Shown piece after piece: positions 24,387-37,569 of a stretch of DNA of 60,284 nt; position 1 is the first letter of the stretch; each line of letters begins with the position of its first letter. Source of the DNA: Vicugna vicugna (Eukaryota); assembly GCA_013265495.1 (NCBI GenBank), contig MU057584.1, positions 124,001 through 184,284 of the forward strand. Direction: 5' to 3'. Position numbers and translations under genes: made by a program. Below the pieces are notes generated by a model. That model ran no database searches. It saw nothing but the letters and a program-made list of their open reading frames with translations, and was not told where the DNA came from.

Positions 24387-26514
24387 AAAAGAAAATTACA
24401 GGTCAATATCCGTCAGGAACATAGATGCAAAAATCCTCAACAAAATATTAGCAAACTGAATTCAACAGTACATCAAAAAGGATCACATACCACGATCAAG
24501 TGGGATTTATTATTCTAGGGATGCATGGATGGCTCAATGTGTGTAAATCAGTCAGTGTGATACACCACATTAACAAAATGAAGGCTAAAAGTCATGTAAT
24601 CATCTCAATAGATGCAGAAAAAATACTTCATCAAATGCAACATCCATTTATGATAAAAACTCTCGACAAAATTGGGTATACAGGGAATATATCTCAACGG
24701 AATAAAGGCCATTTTTGACAAACCCACAGCTAGCATCATACTCAACTATGAAAAGCTGGAAATCTTTCCTCTTAGATCAGGAACAAGGATGCTTATTCTT
24801 GTCACTTTTATTCAACAAAGAATGAAAGTCCTAATCAGAGAAATTATACAAGAAAAAGAAATAAAAGGCATCCAAATTGGAAAAGAAGAAATAAAACTGT
24901 CACTATTTTCAGATGACATAATGTTATATATAGAAAACCTTAAAGATGCCATCAAAAAATTACTAGAAGTAATAAACAAACTCACTAAAGTTGTAGGATA
25001 CAAAATCAAAACACAGAAAAAAAATCTGTTGTATTTCTTTACACTAATAACAAACTATCAGAAACAGAAATTAAGAAAATGGTCCCATTTACAATTGCAT
25101 AAAAAAAAATACTTAGGAATAACTTTAACCAAGGACGTGAAAGACCTGTATATTGAAAACTACAAGACATTAATGAAAAAAATTGAATACACAAATAAAT
25201 GGATGCTCATGGATTGGAAGACTTAATTTTGTTAAAATGTCCATTATACCCAAAGCAATATACAGACTCAAAGCAATCCCTATAAAAATTCCAATTGTAT
25301 TTTTCACAGAAATAGAACAAAGAATCCTAAAATTTGTATGGAACCACGAAAGACTCAAAATAGCCAAAGCAATCTTGAAAAAAGAACAAAGCTGGAGGAA
25401 CCATGTTCCTTGATTTCAAACTACATTAAAAGCTATAGTGATTAAAACATTATGGTACAGGCATAAAAAAAAGACACATAGATCAATGGAACAGAAAAGA
25501 GAAACCCATAAACATACAGTCAACTAATTTATGGCAGAGGAGCCAGGAATACAATGGGGAAAGGTCTTCAGTAAATGGTATTGGGAAAATTGGACAGTCA
25601 CATGCAAAAGAATGAAACAGGACCACTATCTTACACCATACACAAAAGTTAACTCAAAACTGATTAAAGACTTGAATGTAAGACCTGAAACCATAAAACT
25701 GCTAGAAGAAAATGGGGTAGAGCTCTGACATAGGTTTTGGCGATGATTTTTTTGAATCTGACACCAAAAGCAAAAAGAAACAAGGAGGACTGCATCAAAC
25801 TAAAAAGCTTCAGCAGAGCAAAGGAAATGATCAACAAATCAAACAGGTAAACTACTGAATGGGAGAAAATAACTACAAATCATATATTTGAGAAGGGGCT
25901 AATATCTAAAATATATAAAGAACTCATACAACTCAACAGCAAAAACCAAACAATCTGACTTTAAAAATGCGCAGAAGAACTGAATAGAAATTTTCTCAAA
26001 GACATACAGATGGCCAACAGGTACATAAAAAGATAGTCAAGAACATTAATCATCAGGGAAATGCAAATCAAAACCACAATGAGATATCACCTCCTATCTG
26101 TTAGAATGGCTATTATAAAAAAGAAAGACAAGAAACAACAAATGTTGGTGAGGATGTGGAGAAAAGGGAACCCTTGCGCACCACTGGTGGGAATGTAAGT
26201 TGGTGCAGCCACCACGGATATCAGTCTAGGGTTTCCTCAAGAAATTAAAAACAGAACATATGATTCAGCAATTCCACTTCTGGGTATTTATTTGAAGAAA
26301 TATATGTACCCCCATGTTCACTGCAGCACTATTTACTACAGTCAAGATAAGGAATAGATAAAGAAAATATGGCATATACATATACAGTGGAATACTATTC
26401 AGCCATAATCAAGAATGAAATCTTGCCATTTGTAACAACATGGATAGACTTCGAGGGCATAACTCAGACAGAGAAAGACAAATATCCTCTGATCTCTTTT
26501 ATGTGTGGAATCTA

Positions 26515-26552
<38 letters not shown>

Positions 26553-26670
26553 CAACCAAGCTCATAAAGTGAACAGATTGGTGGTTACATGAAACAGAAT
26601 TTGGGGGATGGGAGAAATAGGTGAACTTTTTTTTTTTTTTCAGTTTAAGTAAACTGAATAAAAAATTTTT
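24387..26670 (+). mobile_element. 5'-truncated L1 (ORF2 RT domain to 3' UTR), antisense in a ZNF112 intron; contains (CA)n at 26518-26549
   Basis: Broken ORF2 pieces 24500-25728: [26 protein letters not shown] (FADD motif), KYLGITLTKDVKDLY, CSWIGR. Confidence 0.95.
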
Positions 26671-27275
26671 AAAAATGCCAACAAGTGAAAGCAGGTCAAG
26701 AAACTGTTTAGGAGTCAGAGGATGGGAGGGTAAGAAGAGAGGACGGAATGGGGATTTGAATGAGGAAGTTAATGTAAGAATGTATCACTTGAAATTGCTG
26801 CCTGAGAAGGGTCAATTATAGTGTTGGCTTTGATCATTCTTGATCATTACTTTAGTTGACTGGCCATTTTTGATCTTTGGAATAATGGCTACCTATCTAT
26901 GAATACTCAAGGACACCTTGAACAGTTAGAATTAGGACAGGCAGTCACCAATGACAGACAACATTCTGGAGTATCCTTCCATTATATTGATTTATTCTAT
27001 ACCTATTAGACTTCTATACCTTTTGTCTCAAGGACTGGAGACAGTGAAGACCATGCACGTATTAACCAATTCACTCATTCAAGGCAAAGAGAAAAGCAAG
27101 CCAAATAACCTGAAGCAGAAGCATAATTACGACAGGTCTGATGGGACAGTGCAGCTGGAACAGAACGAATAAGCTAGAGGGGATGAGGGGACAGACACCT
27201 TAAGGCCTGACAGGTGCTGACTTGTGTTTTATGAGGGGCTCTCTGGCTGCTGGGTCACTGCTGGATGGTTCTCAC

Positions 27276-27371
27276 CTGAACACCCATCTCTCTGGGTTTC
27301 TGTCTCCATCATCAAAAGCTCTTCTTCTCTCTCCAACTGGAATATAAGCTCTGGTTTGAAGAGCTGCTTCC
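27276..27371 (-). CDS. ZNF112: ZNF112 KRAB-B exon (96 nt; [33 protein letters not shown])
   Basis: ttttacag|GG acceptor and TCAG|gtgaga donor; phase 1-1, open frame, KRAB-B KP.LI..LE..EE motif. Confidence 0.92.
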
Positions 27372-27976
27372 CTGTAAAAAGGCAAGGAGAGCACATGTCT
27401 TAAATTTTGACTGAGTCCAACTTATTTTATTTTTCTTTTTTGAATCATGTTTTTGGTACTGTATCTAAGAACTGTTTGCCTAACTCAAGGTCATGAAGAT
27501 CTTCTCCTGTGTCTCTTTCTAGAAGTTTCACACTTCTACATTTTACATAACGTCTCTAATCCATTCTGAGTTAATTTTTTAATAGGTGTGAGGCATGTAA
27601 ATATATGCATACAGAAGTCTAAATGTTTCCAAACCACCTGTTGAAAAGACCATACTTTCTCCATCAAATTGCCTTGGCACCTGCAGTACACCTAAAATAA
27701 TTTCAGAATTGCTTATTCCGTATCACTACAATAAACAAATCCACTAAAAAGTGTTCAGGATTGCAGTTCTTTGTCCCATCCCCCTCCCACTCTACCTAAA
27801 ACTAAGGGTATACAGTTATATACTGTGTTGGTATATAGTTATATGCTGTGTTCCTTAGCTGCTTCTGTGAATTCTTTTTTTTTTCTCTTTGATGTGTTTA
27901 AATTATTTGAGTATAGTTGAGTTCATTTGTTTTTTTCATTTTTATTTTAGTTTCAGATTATCATCCCTTGTATTCT

Positions 27977-28111
27977 TTTTCTCTTTTTTTTTTTTTTTGG
28001 TGGGGAGGTAATTAGGTTTATTTATTTATTTTAATGGAAGTACTGAGGATTGAACCCAGGATCTCATGCATGCTACACGAGCACTCTACCACTGAGCCAT
28101 ACCCTCCTCCT
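27977..28111 (-). mobile_element. Vic-1-like SINE
   Basis: TSD atcccttg(t/c)attct at 27963-27976 / 28112-28125; tRNA-like boxes; poly(T). Confidence 0.85.
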
Positions 28112-28498
28112 ATCCCTTGCATTCTCATTTAAGTTTTAGAATGTGTTGAAATGACATATTTTCAAAAGTCCAAACTAGACAAAAAAGTATACTCAGACAA
28201 GTATGACTCTCTCGAACATTCCTTCCATACTATCACCTCCCACTCACTTACAAGAAACTAACGTCATGATTTCCTGATTAATCCTTCTTGTGATTCTTCT
28301 TATAAAGATCAGCAGATATACAAATATCTACTTATTTTCCCTTCTTTCTTATTCAAATTGTAGTGTACTATTAATGCTCTTTTGTACTTTGTCATCTTTA
28401 GGGAAGATTCCTACAAGTGAATAGCTGGGAAAGGGTAAATCCATAGTTTTGTCAAATTCCTCTCCTTAGGGGTGGTATCATGTTGCATTCCTACTTTC

Positions 28499-28642
28499 TT
28501 TCGCTTTTTTGGGGGGGGGGCATTAGGTTTGTTTGTTTGTTTATTTATTTATTTATTAATTAATGGAGGTATACTGGGGATTGAACCCAGGACCTCGAAC
28601 ATGCTAGGCACACACTCTACCACTGAGCTATAATCTCCCCTC
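28499..28642 (-). mobile_element. Vic-1-like SINE
   Basis: Perfect 15-bp TSD tgcattcctactttc at 28484-28498 / 28643-28657. Confidence 0.9.
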
Positions 28643-29834
28643 TGCATTCCTACTTTCAAGGCATGAAAGTGTTTTATTCTAAAGGCACTGCCCAAAAAAA
28701 TACAGTGTCAAGTTTTTGAATTTTTGCTGGTCTCATGGGTGAGAAATGGTGTTTCAGTATAATTTGAATTAATCTCTCTTATTTTGAATGAAACTGAATA
28801 ACCATCCATATGTATACATATTTATATAATGTGTGTGTGTGTATATGAATTTGTGTCCACACACAGACACACCTCCTAGCTCTAAGCCCTGAGGCCAGGA
28901 AACAAAGACACCATGGTGGCAATGATAATCTCCGGCATCCAGACCTTGGTGTTAAATACCATTCCCCAGTAAATGAAATGGAGGATTCCAGAGCTGGGGC
29001 AAAATAAAAGATGAGCCAAAGATAGCATGCTAAGCCACAAAATAAGGAAGTGCTCATAAAAAGGGTGGGGGCATATTATAAGGGCACGGGAATCAGCTTA
29101 AAGGGTCCAAATTTGGGACAATTTTAGCAAGAAAACTACTACAGTAATAAATTATAAACCATTTTTAAAAAATAATTCACAACTCCCTACAAATAATAAA
29201 TGAATAAATGGTTAAGAGAGAGGTGCTCTTGCTTACTCCAGAACGCCAAGCGCTGAATGCTAAATGTGAAGGAAGTACTGAGTCAGAAAATTATCATTTG
29301 ATGCTGTTTATAGGGAAATATTTGTGTTGTCTTAGAAAGTGTTGCCCTATGATTGCAGAGGAAACAAAGCAGTGATTTTATAGTGGAGAAATTGGACATC
29401 TTGACTAGGTGATGAAAACTAGACATTTTCAATGAGGGACAGTTGGTGTGTCTCTAGATGTGATACCCTCAAAAGGACACCCCACTACTAACTGTAGAGT
29501 TCCAGCCAGAATGGACCATCTGAATTGAATTATGAGGAAATACTAGGAATGTTCTATTGAAAATGAGGGGAGGGAGTGGTGGTATTCTTTTAAAATGTCA
29601 CTGTTACAAAAGACACAGAAATGCTGTGAAAATGTTCCAAAATTAAAGGAGACTAAGAAAGACACTGACAGCTAGACTAGACTTTCGGCTAAATCTTGCT
29701 CTGGGGAGAGAAAAATATGCTTTAAAAATAACTGGCTCTACTGAGAAAATCAGAGCACAAATGATAGATGGATAAAAGGATTGTATCTGCACTAGGGATA
29801 TGTAAGAGAATAATCCTACTTCCAGGAAATACAC

Positions 29835-30450
29835 TGTTCAGTGAAGAATTAACTTGGCCCAAAGAGGGGTCTGGCTTTTGCCCTCAGCTCTTGGGAGGTG
29901 ATCTCTATGTACTCGCAATGTACTACCTGATAAGAGTGTCTTTTTTTACCTAGAGGCCTTGGGCCACACCAGAGAGTTTAGCAATGTGATTTATGGTGGG
30001 GCCTTTGAGCTATGTTTATCAGCTTGATCTCCAGATGGGCTGGAAACTAAAGTCAGCCACACAGGTGTCCAACCACGTCTATGTGATACAGCTGCAATTA
30101 AAGCTCTGGCAACAAGGTTTGTGTGAGCCTCCCTGGTTGGTAATGCGCCACGTGTACTGTCAGCCATCACTGATGGGAAAAGTGAGTGCTGCCCACAACT
30201 CCACTGGGAGGGAACAACCAGAAGTTTGTGCTGGAAACACCCCTGGACTCTGCCCCAGTTGTCTCCTCCTTTGGCTGATTTTATTCTGTATCCTTAACAT
30301 GTAATAAAGCATAACCATGAGTATAACAGCTTTCAGTGAGCTCTGAGGGTCTTCCTAGCAAATTACTGAGGCTCAGGGTTATCTGGGAGACCCTTGAACT
30401 TGCAACTGGTGTCAGAGTGAGGACAGTCCTGGGGACTCCTGGACTCTGCA
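29835..30450 (+). mobile_element. MER21-like solo LTR
   Basis: TG...CA termini; imperfect 5-bp TSD tacac/tatac; gcccaaagaggggtctggc..ttgggaggtgatctct and taataaagcataaccatgagtataacagcttt motifs. Confidence 0.7.
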
Positions 30451-30649
30451 TATACACTGAAGCATTTAGAGATAAAGGTCCATAGTGTATGGAAATTACT
30501 CTCAAATGGTTCAGAAAATTATGAATACACATGTTTTCATATATATATATACACACAGAAACATTTATAGAGAAAGAAAATGTACATAAATGATAAAATA
30601 AATGGGGTAAAATTGACACTACATTGTAAACTGACTATATCTCAGTATG

Positions 30650-30723
30650 TATAAATAAATGAATAAATAAATACATAAATAAGTAAGTAAGTAAGTAAAT
30701 AAATAAGTAAGTAAGTAAGTAAG
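30650..30723. repeat. Compound (TAAA)/(TAAG) tetranucleotide repeat
   Basis: Directly visible. Confidence 0.9.
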
Positions 30724-31153
30724 GTAAAATGTTACTATAGGTAAATCTAAGTAAAAGCTATATGGGTGGTTCTTGTTCTGTACTTTTGCAAATTTTCTGA
30801 TATTTTGCAAAGTTTGATGTTACTCACAAATACATTGTTAAAGCAAAAAACAAAATACCCCCCCAAAATCAAGTTAATAAACAGCTACAGTTACTCGCAC
30901 CCAGAAAAACAAAAGAGCTGGAGCAACTCACTAAACTGATTTCATGACAAACCAGTGGAGTAGGATCACAACTGCCCATTTAGTTAATAGGACAGATTGT
31001 TTTCCTGGATAGAAACATCTGAAACATCTTGTCTCTGTTGCACAGAGACTATCGGGACTCGTAAATACCCAAGGTCAGAGAATGAGTTCAGGAACCCCAG
31101 AGCGTCAAACAACTAAGCACACGAAGACACCCCGGGAGGCTGACACTGAGTCA

Positions 31154-31300
<147 letters not shown>

Positions 31301-31699
31301 CTACAACACCAAACACACACAGACTGTGTTTATGGAAGAGGGGCAGTACTGAGAAAGTGTCCAGGATGGGAAGCTGTTCAGGATTCTGAGGGATCGAGTC
31401 AAATTTAAGCAGCTGCCTTCTGACTGCCTTTCACGCTGCCAACTCCATCCACCAAAAGGGCTGCAGGAAAAGACATCCTTGTACTTTAAATTGCTGCCTT
31501 TTGTTAGCATTCCTATAGGTAAGTCCCAGGCCTCTGCAGCATCCTGGGCTACTAGAAAAGCTTTAGTTCCAACAGCACGTGATGGAGTCTGCCTTCCCTC
31601 TTGTACATGCTTCCACTACTTACTCAATTTGCCTGACTTACAGGGCACCAGTCACCCTTCCTGTCAGAGTATGTAGCTCATCCTCCACGCCCCATGTAG

Positions 31700-31935
31700 A
31701 CTGTGCAGCATTTATGGCGTCATGCTGCGGGCACAGCTCTGGAGCCTGACTGCCTGTGTTCACGGCAGAATGCTCTGCTTGGTGACGCTGGACCCGTTCC
31801 TCACCCTCTCTTCATTTGCATGCGGATATCTGTACCTTAGGGTACTGGTGATAAAATGAGTGACTATAGGTAAAGCACTTAGGAAGAGTGTCTGGTACAC
31901 AGCAAGCACCCAATAAATGTCAACTATTCTTATGA
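31700..31935 (+). mobile_element. MIR SINE
   Basis: gctctggagcctgactgcctg...taaagcacttag...caataaatgtcaactatt. Confidence 0.75.
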
Positions 31936-33574
31936 TTATTACTATCATCATCATCATCTCTGGAATCCCATTTCCAGGCTGTGTGGTAATTCAAGGAATT
32001 GATGATTGGGAACATAATGAACTGATCCAAATAATGCATGCTTACTCAGTTTTAGATTATCCATTATAAACAATGTTGCAAAAGAAAAATCTTTCCACGT
32101 AGACCTTAGTCCCTGGAACTCTGTTGATTATCTCCTTGAAATCAATTTTAAAAAGTAGAAATGGTAATGCTGAAGAATGACAAACTTTAAAGTTAATGAA
32201 ACCATAATGGCGTGTGTTTCCTCTAAAAAGATTTTTCTAACTTACTCTTCTTCCAAGAAAGTACAAATCCCTAAACCTCTTTACCCTGGCCAACAATGGA
32301 CATGAATACTTAACAAAAAAACCTGATAATCTCAGGGGTCAGTTTGGGATGTAAAAACCAATTATTTCAAAATATTTTCACAAAGTTGATTAGTAATGAA
32401 AATCATTCTCCTTTCGTATGTTTGCCAGTCATCTCTATTTCTTGTTTTGTAATAATATTCATCTTGGGGACATTAAGGCCTTGTTGTAAATATTTTTCAT
32501 TCTATCATGCTATTTGTCTTTTAACTTTTTGCTATAGGGAAATTTAAAATTTCTATATAAAGATCCATTCAAAACTACATTTGTTCCTGCTGGGGCTCCA
32601 AACTTCTCAATCATAGGCTGTGGTCTCTGAATAAGAATTTTGGTTTTATTTTGTTTGCTTGTGTGTGTGTGTTTTGTCTTGACTTTTTGCCTACCTTTTC
32701 ACCCAGATGGTATGCCTGATACTTTTGATTTAGAAGATCAAGTCTTGACACTTGCCTACTGTAGCAACTTGAACAGGACTTCAAATTACACAAACCTCTT
32801 ATCTCCATGTTGACAGTGAAGATGATTCCAAGTCCCTCTCAGAGCAGTGACTAGAGTGACAGATGGGAAGGACCTGTGTGCCTTATAGTATGACTACAAA
32901 TTTTAAATTAAGTACCTCTAATGCTCTGTAAAATAAATTAACTCATGAACAGTATAACACACAAAGACACACAAATATACACAGACACACAAAGAAAGCT
33001 TTCATGTCCTGGAAAGAAAGAATGTAGCTCCTTTTGTATGAAAACAGCTAACACTATTTTTTCTGAGTCCAGCTTCAGTATGATCCTGTTAAACAAAATT
33101 ATCTTTTAGATACTCTTTTTACAAAGTATGTGAGGTACCACTTAGGAAAAAAACATTTTTTTAAGTTTTGAGTCCTTAGAACATAAGGACAAATAATATG
33201 AGAATTCCCTCAAAATTGCTTTTCAAGTAAAGATTATATGAAGAGAAACTGATACTGTTGTGTAAAACTGCGAAAATCTTCAAGAATTTAAAAGCTTGTG
33301 AATGAAGAATAGTTAAAAAATGGGGGAGGGTGTACAACAGTTCACTGAATATTAGATGACAAAAATTAAGTGCTATAAATTTAAGTAAAAAAAAATTCAA
33401 AATTGTATTATTGCAAGCATAGTTATGAATGCACATGAGAAAAAAGCATAGAAAAAACAGGCGATTTGTAAGCAGGGTAATAATGTGTAGGTTTTCCCAT
33501 TTAAAAAATTTCTATTCTCTTTTACACTATTATTTGTGAAATAAAATGATAATAAAAACCAAAAGGAGCAATAC

Positions 33575-33790
33575 GGGGATGGCAGAATGGGAGGTACAAA
33601 CTATTGGGTGTAAGACAGGCTCAAGGATGTATCACACAACATGGGGAACATAGCCAATATTTTGTAATAACTGTAAATGGAAAGTAACCTTTAAAAATTG
33701 TATAAAAATAAAAAATTTAGAAAATAAAGTTAAAATAAAAATAAATATAAAATAAAATACATACATAAAATAGAAAAATAGAAAGAACTG
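33575..33790 (+). mobile_element. Short L1 3'-end insertion with A-rich tail
   Basis: gaggtacaaactattgggtgtaagacaggctcaaggatgta...caatattttgtaataactgtaaatgg, followed by A-rich sequence. Confidence 0.7.
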
Positions 33791-33937
33791 AAAGGAAATT
33801 TTTAAAGAACAAAAGCGTGGCACATAAATGGTATTAAATGTCTGCTGCCATTCTTTATTCTTGGCAAGGAAGAGAAAAAAGGGGTCTACTTACTGAGCAA
33901 TAACCTGTTACGTGACTGAAATAAAAATCCAACTCAC

Positions 33938-33952
33938 CTGAAACTTGATCAT
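33938..33952 (-). CDS. ZNF112: ZNF112 start-codon exon, coding part MIKFQ (whole exon ~33938-33985)
   Basis: ATGATCAAGTTTCAG|gtgagt donor; ccttttcag acceptor at 33986-33987; AAAATG context; phase 0 joins KRAB-A. Confidence 0.88.
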
Positions 33953-36558
33953 TTTCTCCTCTTTTTCCTGGGGAAAGGCAGAGACCTGAAAAGGTACAAA
34001 AGATAACAAGAAAGAAGGCATGAGGGAAAGGCAAATGTATGTCTGTGCAAATCAAAAAAAAAGGCATCCCTTCTCCCAGGCAGACACAGCCACATACACC
34101 TTCACGGGCAGAGTGTGGGCTGGGGTTCAGCGGCCACTAGACTATCCTGGCAAGATGCCCACGTGCATGGGACAGCTTGCACCACTACTTCCAGCAGTCC
34201 TCACACACTTTGAGGCTCCCCAGATATTCATTCTGACTCTGGGGAAGGTGAGAAAGGAGAGACAGTTATGTGGAAGAGGAGAGGTACTGGTTAAAGGTGG
34301 ACTCTGGGGACAATTCATTTCCAAAGTATGGCATTGCTATATATCTGCTGTATATTTGCTCTGTATTGGCACTGCTATGTATCTGCTATATATTTCTAAC
34401 CACAGTTAAATGAATTACCTTTATATGGTTCATTTCTGCAACCTGCAACATTAGGATTGTAATAGTACCAACACTATGAGCTTGCTTAGGATTATACAGT
34501 GAGTAGTGGAAAACTTGCAACCACATCAATGCTTTCTATTATCTTGTAGCTGCAGAGAAGCAGATGCTAGTCTCCATCATCAAACTGTCCTTGCAAATGG
34601 GGTTGTAAGAAATCTGGGTGGCAGAGATTATGGCTTTTTACTTAATAACTTGTTGCCCTGATAATGATATTTGTTGAGACATTGAGACCAGCCTTATGAA
34701 AGTTTAACAGCTGGTAAACATTCTACTGAAGCTGGAGGAGGCTCAAATGGTCCATTCCTCTTCCCATGTGGATATAATAAAGATTACAGAAGCCTGTGAT
34801 GCTACTTTATCTGTGTAAAGCACTCAGTGCTTGACCCCTGGGGGGATTTGGAGACCAGAAGTTTAATTTCATGGGCTCTTTCTCAACGTTATTTACTGTT
34901 CTCAACAGTTATTTACTGTTACTTCCCTTATTTATTATTCCCAAGCAACTTCAAGGTCATCTGTGGAGAAAAAGAACTCAAAAAGGGGGGGGGGTGCTTA
35001 TCATGGGCTACGAATAAGACAGAGCCTTTTAGCACCATGCTAGCAAGGTTTTCTGGGGCTCTGGTAGAGTACCCAGCCCCTCCCAAGTCCCTGCCCACCG
35101 AGGGCACTGCTGGAGAAGCCACAGAATGTGTGCACAGCCCCCAGGAACAAGGATTAACTTGGCTGCATGACTAGAAGTGGAAGAGCTGAGTTTTCTTTCA
35201 CTGATCTAACACTGATGGATCACCTTCTAAAAGGGACAGATTTAGTTCCCAGATCTCTACTTGCAAGGAGCCTAGTGTAGGGGACCAATTAAGAAATCAG
35301 CAACTATACCCTACAACAATAAGATGCCAGAGCAGAGTTTAGACAAGGTCCTCTGGGAGAGAATGGAAGGGGCCCCAAACCCAGGCTGGATAAGGGGGAG
35401 GGCCAGATGGGCTCCATGGAAAAAATGAGGCCTGATATCAGCCCTGGAGGATGACAGAGCTGTATTAGCCACTCTCAGCTAATCCGAGTACTGACACGGA
35501 ATGAGAATCAGAGGGCAACTGGGACAAATGAGGAGGCGGAAAAAGTGGTGAGACGTCAGGAGCCTGATCATGTGCTTTAGAAAAATTGCCTCATTTAATC
35601 CTCACAACAATGACCAGAGAGGTTGGGACAATTTTTGCAGTTGAGAATATCAAAACATTGAGACTTTAAGATATTTTGCTTGTGGTTAGCTATTTAGTCA
35701 GCAGAGCAGCCAGAGTTATTAGCCCAGAGTCTGTGTTCTTAATTACTAGGTCAGTGGATCTCAATTTGCCAACTTACTCACTGGTATCACTGGGGGGTAA
35801 AAAAAAAAAGAAAGCCAACAAAACCAATGCCCAGCCAAGCCAGTCTAGAATCTATAAATCAGCATCTATAGGAAGAGTTTCCATGGATGACTACAGTTTG
35901 CAGAGAGGGATGCAAACCACAGACTGTGAGATGAGTAAGAGGCAGTCTGCAAGCTAAGCCCATGCAATTAACCACTAGGTCATTCAGCCTCTCAGTGAGT
36001 ACAGGACATCACTGGAGAATACACAAGCCAGGAGCAGAGCACAGCCTGGGACCCAGGCCTTCTGATTCCCCGGTCCCCAAAAGTTCCTGAAGCCCACTCC
36101 ACTCTGAGTTGTGGATGTCTTTGCAGGAAGACTTAGCATGAAGACAGGCTTCCAGTTTAAACCAGCCTGATCAGCTTTCTCAAGCAATAGGCGGGTCACT
36201 ATTCATCCTCAGGACCTTGAAAATTCAGAATATAAGGCAATTCATATTAAGTAGGCATTTAAACAAACAGTGGTCATCCTACAGAATGTTCTTGTTTCTT
36301 TGTGTGTTTGCTAGAGTCAAAGTCTGATTATGTTCCTTTCTTGGTTATAAAACATATGTATGGTAGCCAATACCTTTAGATAAAGTCTGGGTTCCATGCA
36401 AGACACACAGAGAAGAATCTTCCACATCCGTTTGCTCATTTTTTTCTCCAAACCCTCTTTTCCCCTGTAACCTCCAGCCTGTAAACTGCTTGATCTCAGG
36501 AAACCCTCCAGGCCTTTGCATGTGCTATTCCTCTGACCTTCTTCTTTTTTTACCTAGA

Positions 36559-36752
36559 TCAGAGGTTGGTAAACTTTTTTTTTAAATATATAATGGGACA
36601 GATAGTATATCTTTTAGGCTTTGTGGCCACATCCTGTTTCTCTCCAATACTGTTCTTATTCTTTTACAGCCTTTTAAATGTACAGGCCATTCTCAGCAGG
36701 GGAGTAAGAGATTTACAAAAACCATGGCCATGGGGAGTAGTTTGCCCACCTG
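36559..36752 (-). mobile_element. MER58-like hAT element
   Basis: Imperfect TIRs cagaggttggtaaact ... agtttgcccacctg. Confidence 0.6.
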
Positions 36753-36869
36753 CATCCTCCACTCTCTTAGATTTTAACACTCAGCTGCTCCAGGATACCT
36801 TTTAACAGGTTTGGCTGCAGCCTTATCAGTTACTAAAACCCACTCTGCCAGTCCATTTTTGCCAGAAAG

Positions 36870-37105
36870 CAATGTTTTGGCCAAGAGCCCAGGCTATAGA
36901 ATCGGACTACCAAGCTTCAATCTTGATTCTGCCACTTACTGGCAGAGTAAACTTTTGCAAGTTAATTAACCTCTTGATGCCTCTATTTCTTCATCTGTAA
37001 AATGGAAATACAAAGAGTATTATGAAGAATAGATAAGTTAATGCATCAAAGCATTCGAAAGCCAGTGTGACTCGTAAGAAACACCCAATAAATATTAGCT
37101 ATTAC
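36870..37105 (+). mobile_element. MIR SINE
   Basis: tctgccacttact...tttcttcatctgtaaaatgg...caataaatattagctatta. Confidence 0.75.
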
Positions 37106-37569
37106 TAGGATCATCCTCATTGTCACCATGAAATATACAGAAGCCACATATTAGCCCTGGTTTGTTTCTAAGTATACTTATTTTGGGTAGTAATTATCAG
37201 TAGGTGTTTATCACCTTTTGAATATTCTGAAAAAGCTGGTCGCTTCAGCATCCCACCAAAACTGACTGAGATAAAGGACAGGGAATATCTGTAGTATTTA
37301 GTCTCCTACATCCATTTTCAGAAAATTTGAATATAATCTCACATTGCGGAAGGTTCCTACTTCCCGATGTGTGTTGGAAAGCTACACCAGCAGCACACAG
37401 ATCCTTCCTGCTAATCCCTATACTTGCAATAAGCACAATGAGAACTTGACCTAGTCCCTTCTACCAGAAACCTGCAACTGAGTAGGAGACAGACCAGAAA
37501 GAGGGAGCAGAAATTCCAGTGAACTCAAAGACAGGTCAACAGAAATTGCTAAAATTGAAGCTCAAGAAA

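Larger units (their letters stand above)
28880..30840 (+). mobile_element. Old L1 (L1MC/MD-type) 3' region interrupted by a MER21-like LTR
   Basis: L1 3'-UTR text aggaaatacac|...|actgaagcatttagagataaagg resumes after the LTR. Confidence 0.6.

Noticed and set aside
24500..25728. Reverse-transcriptase ORFs as an active or novel retroelement
   Set aside because: Fragmented by frameshifts and stops and 5'-truncated; an ordinary L1 ORF2 relic.
34928..34980. Strong minus-strand acceptor (ttctttttctccacag|ATG) in ZNF112 intron 1
   Set aside because: No convincing donor follows and the ATG frame stops after 10 codons; cannot be supported as an exon.
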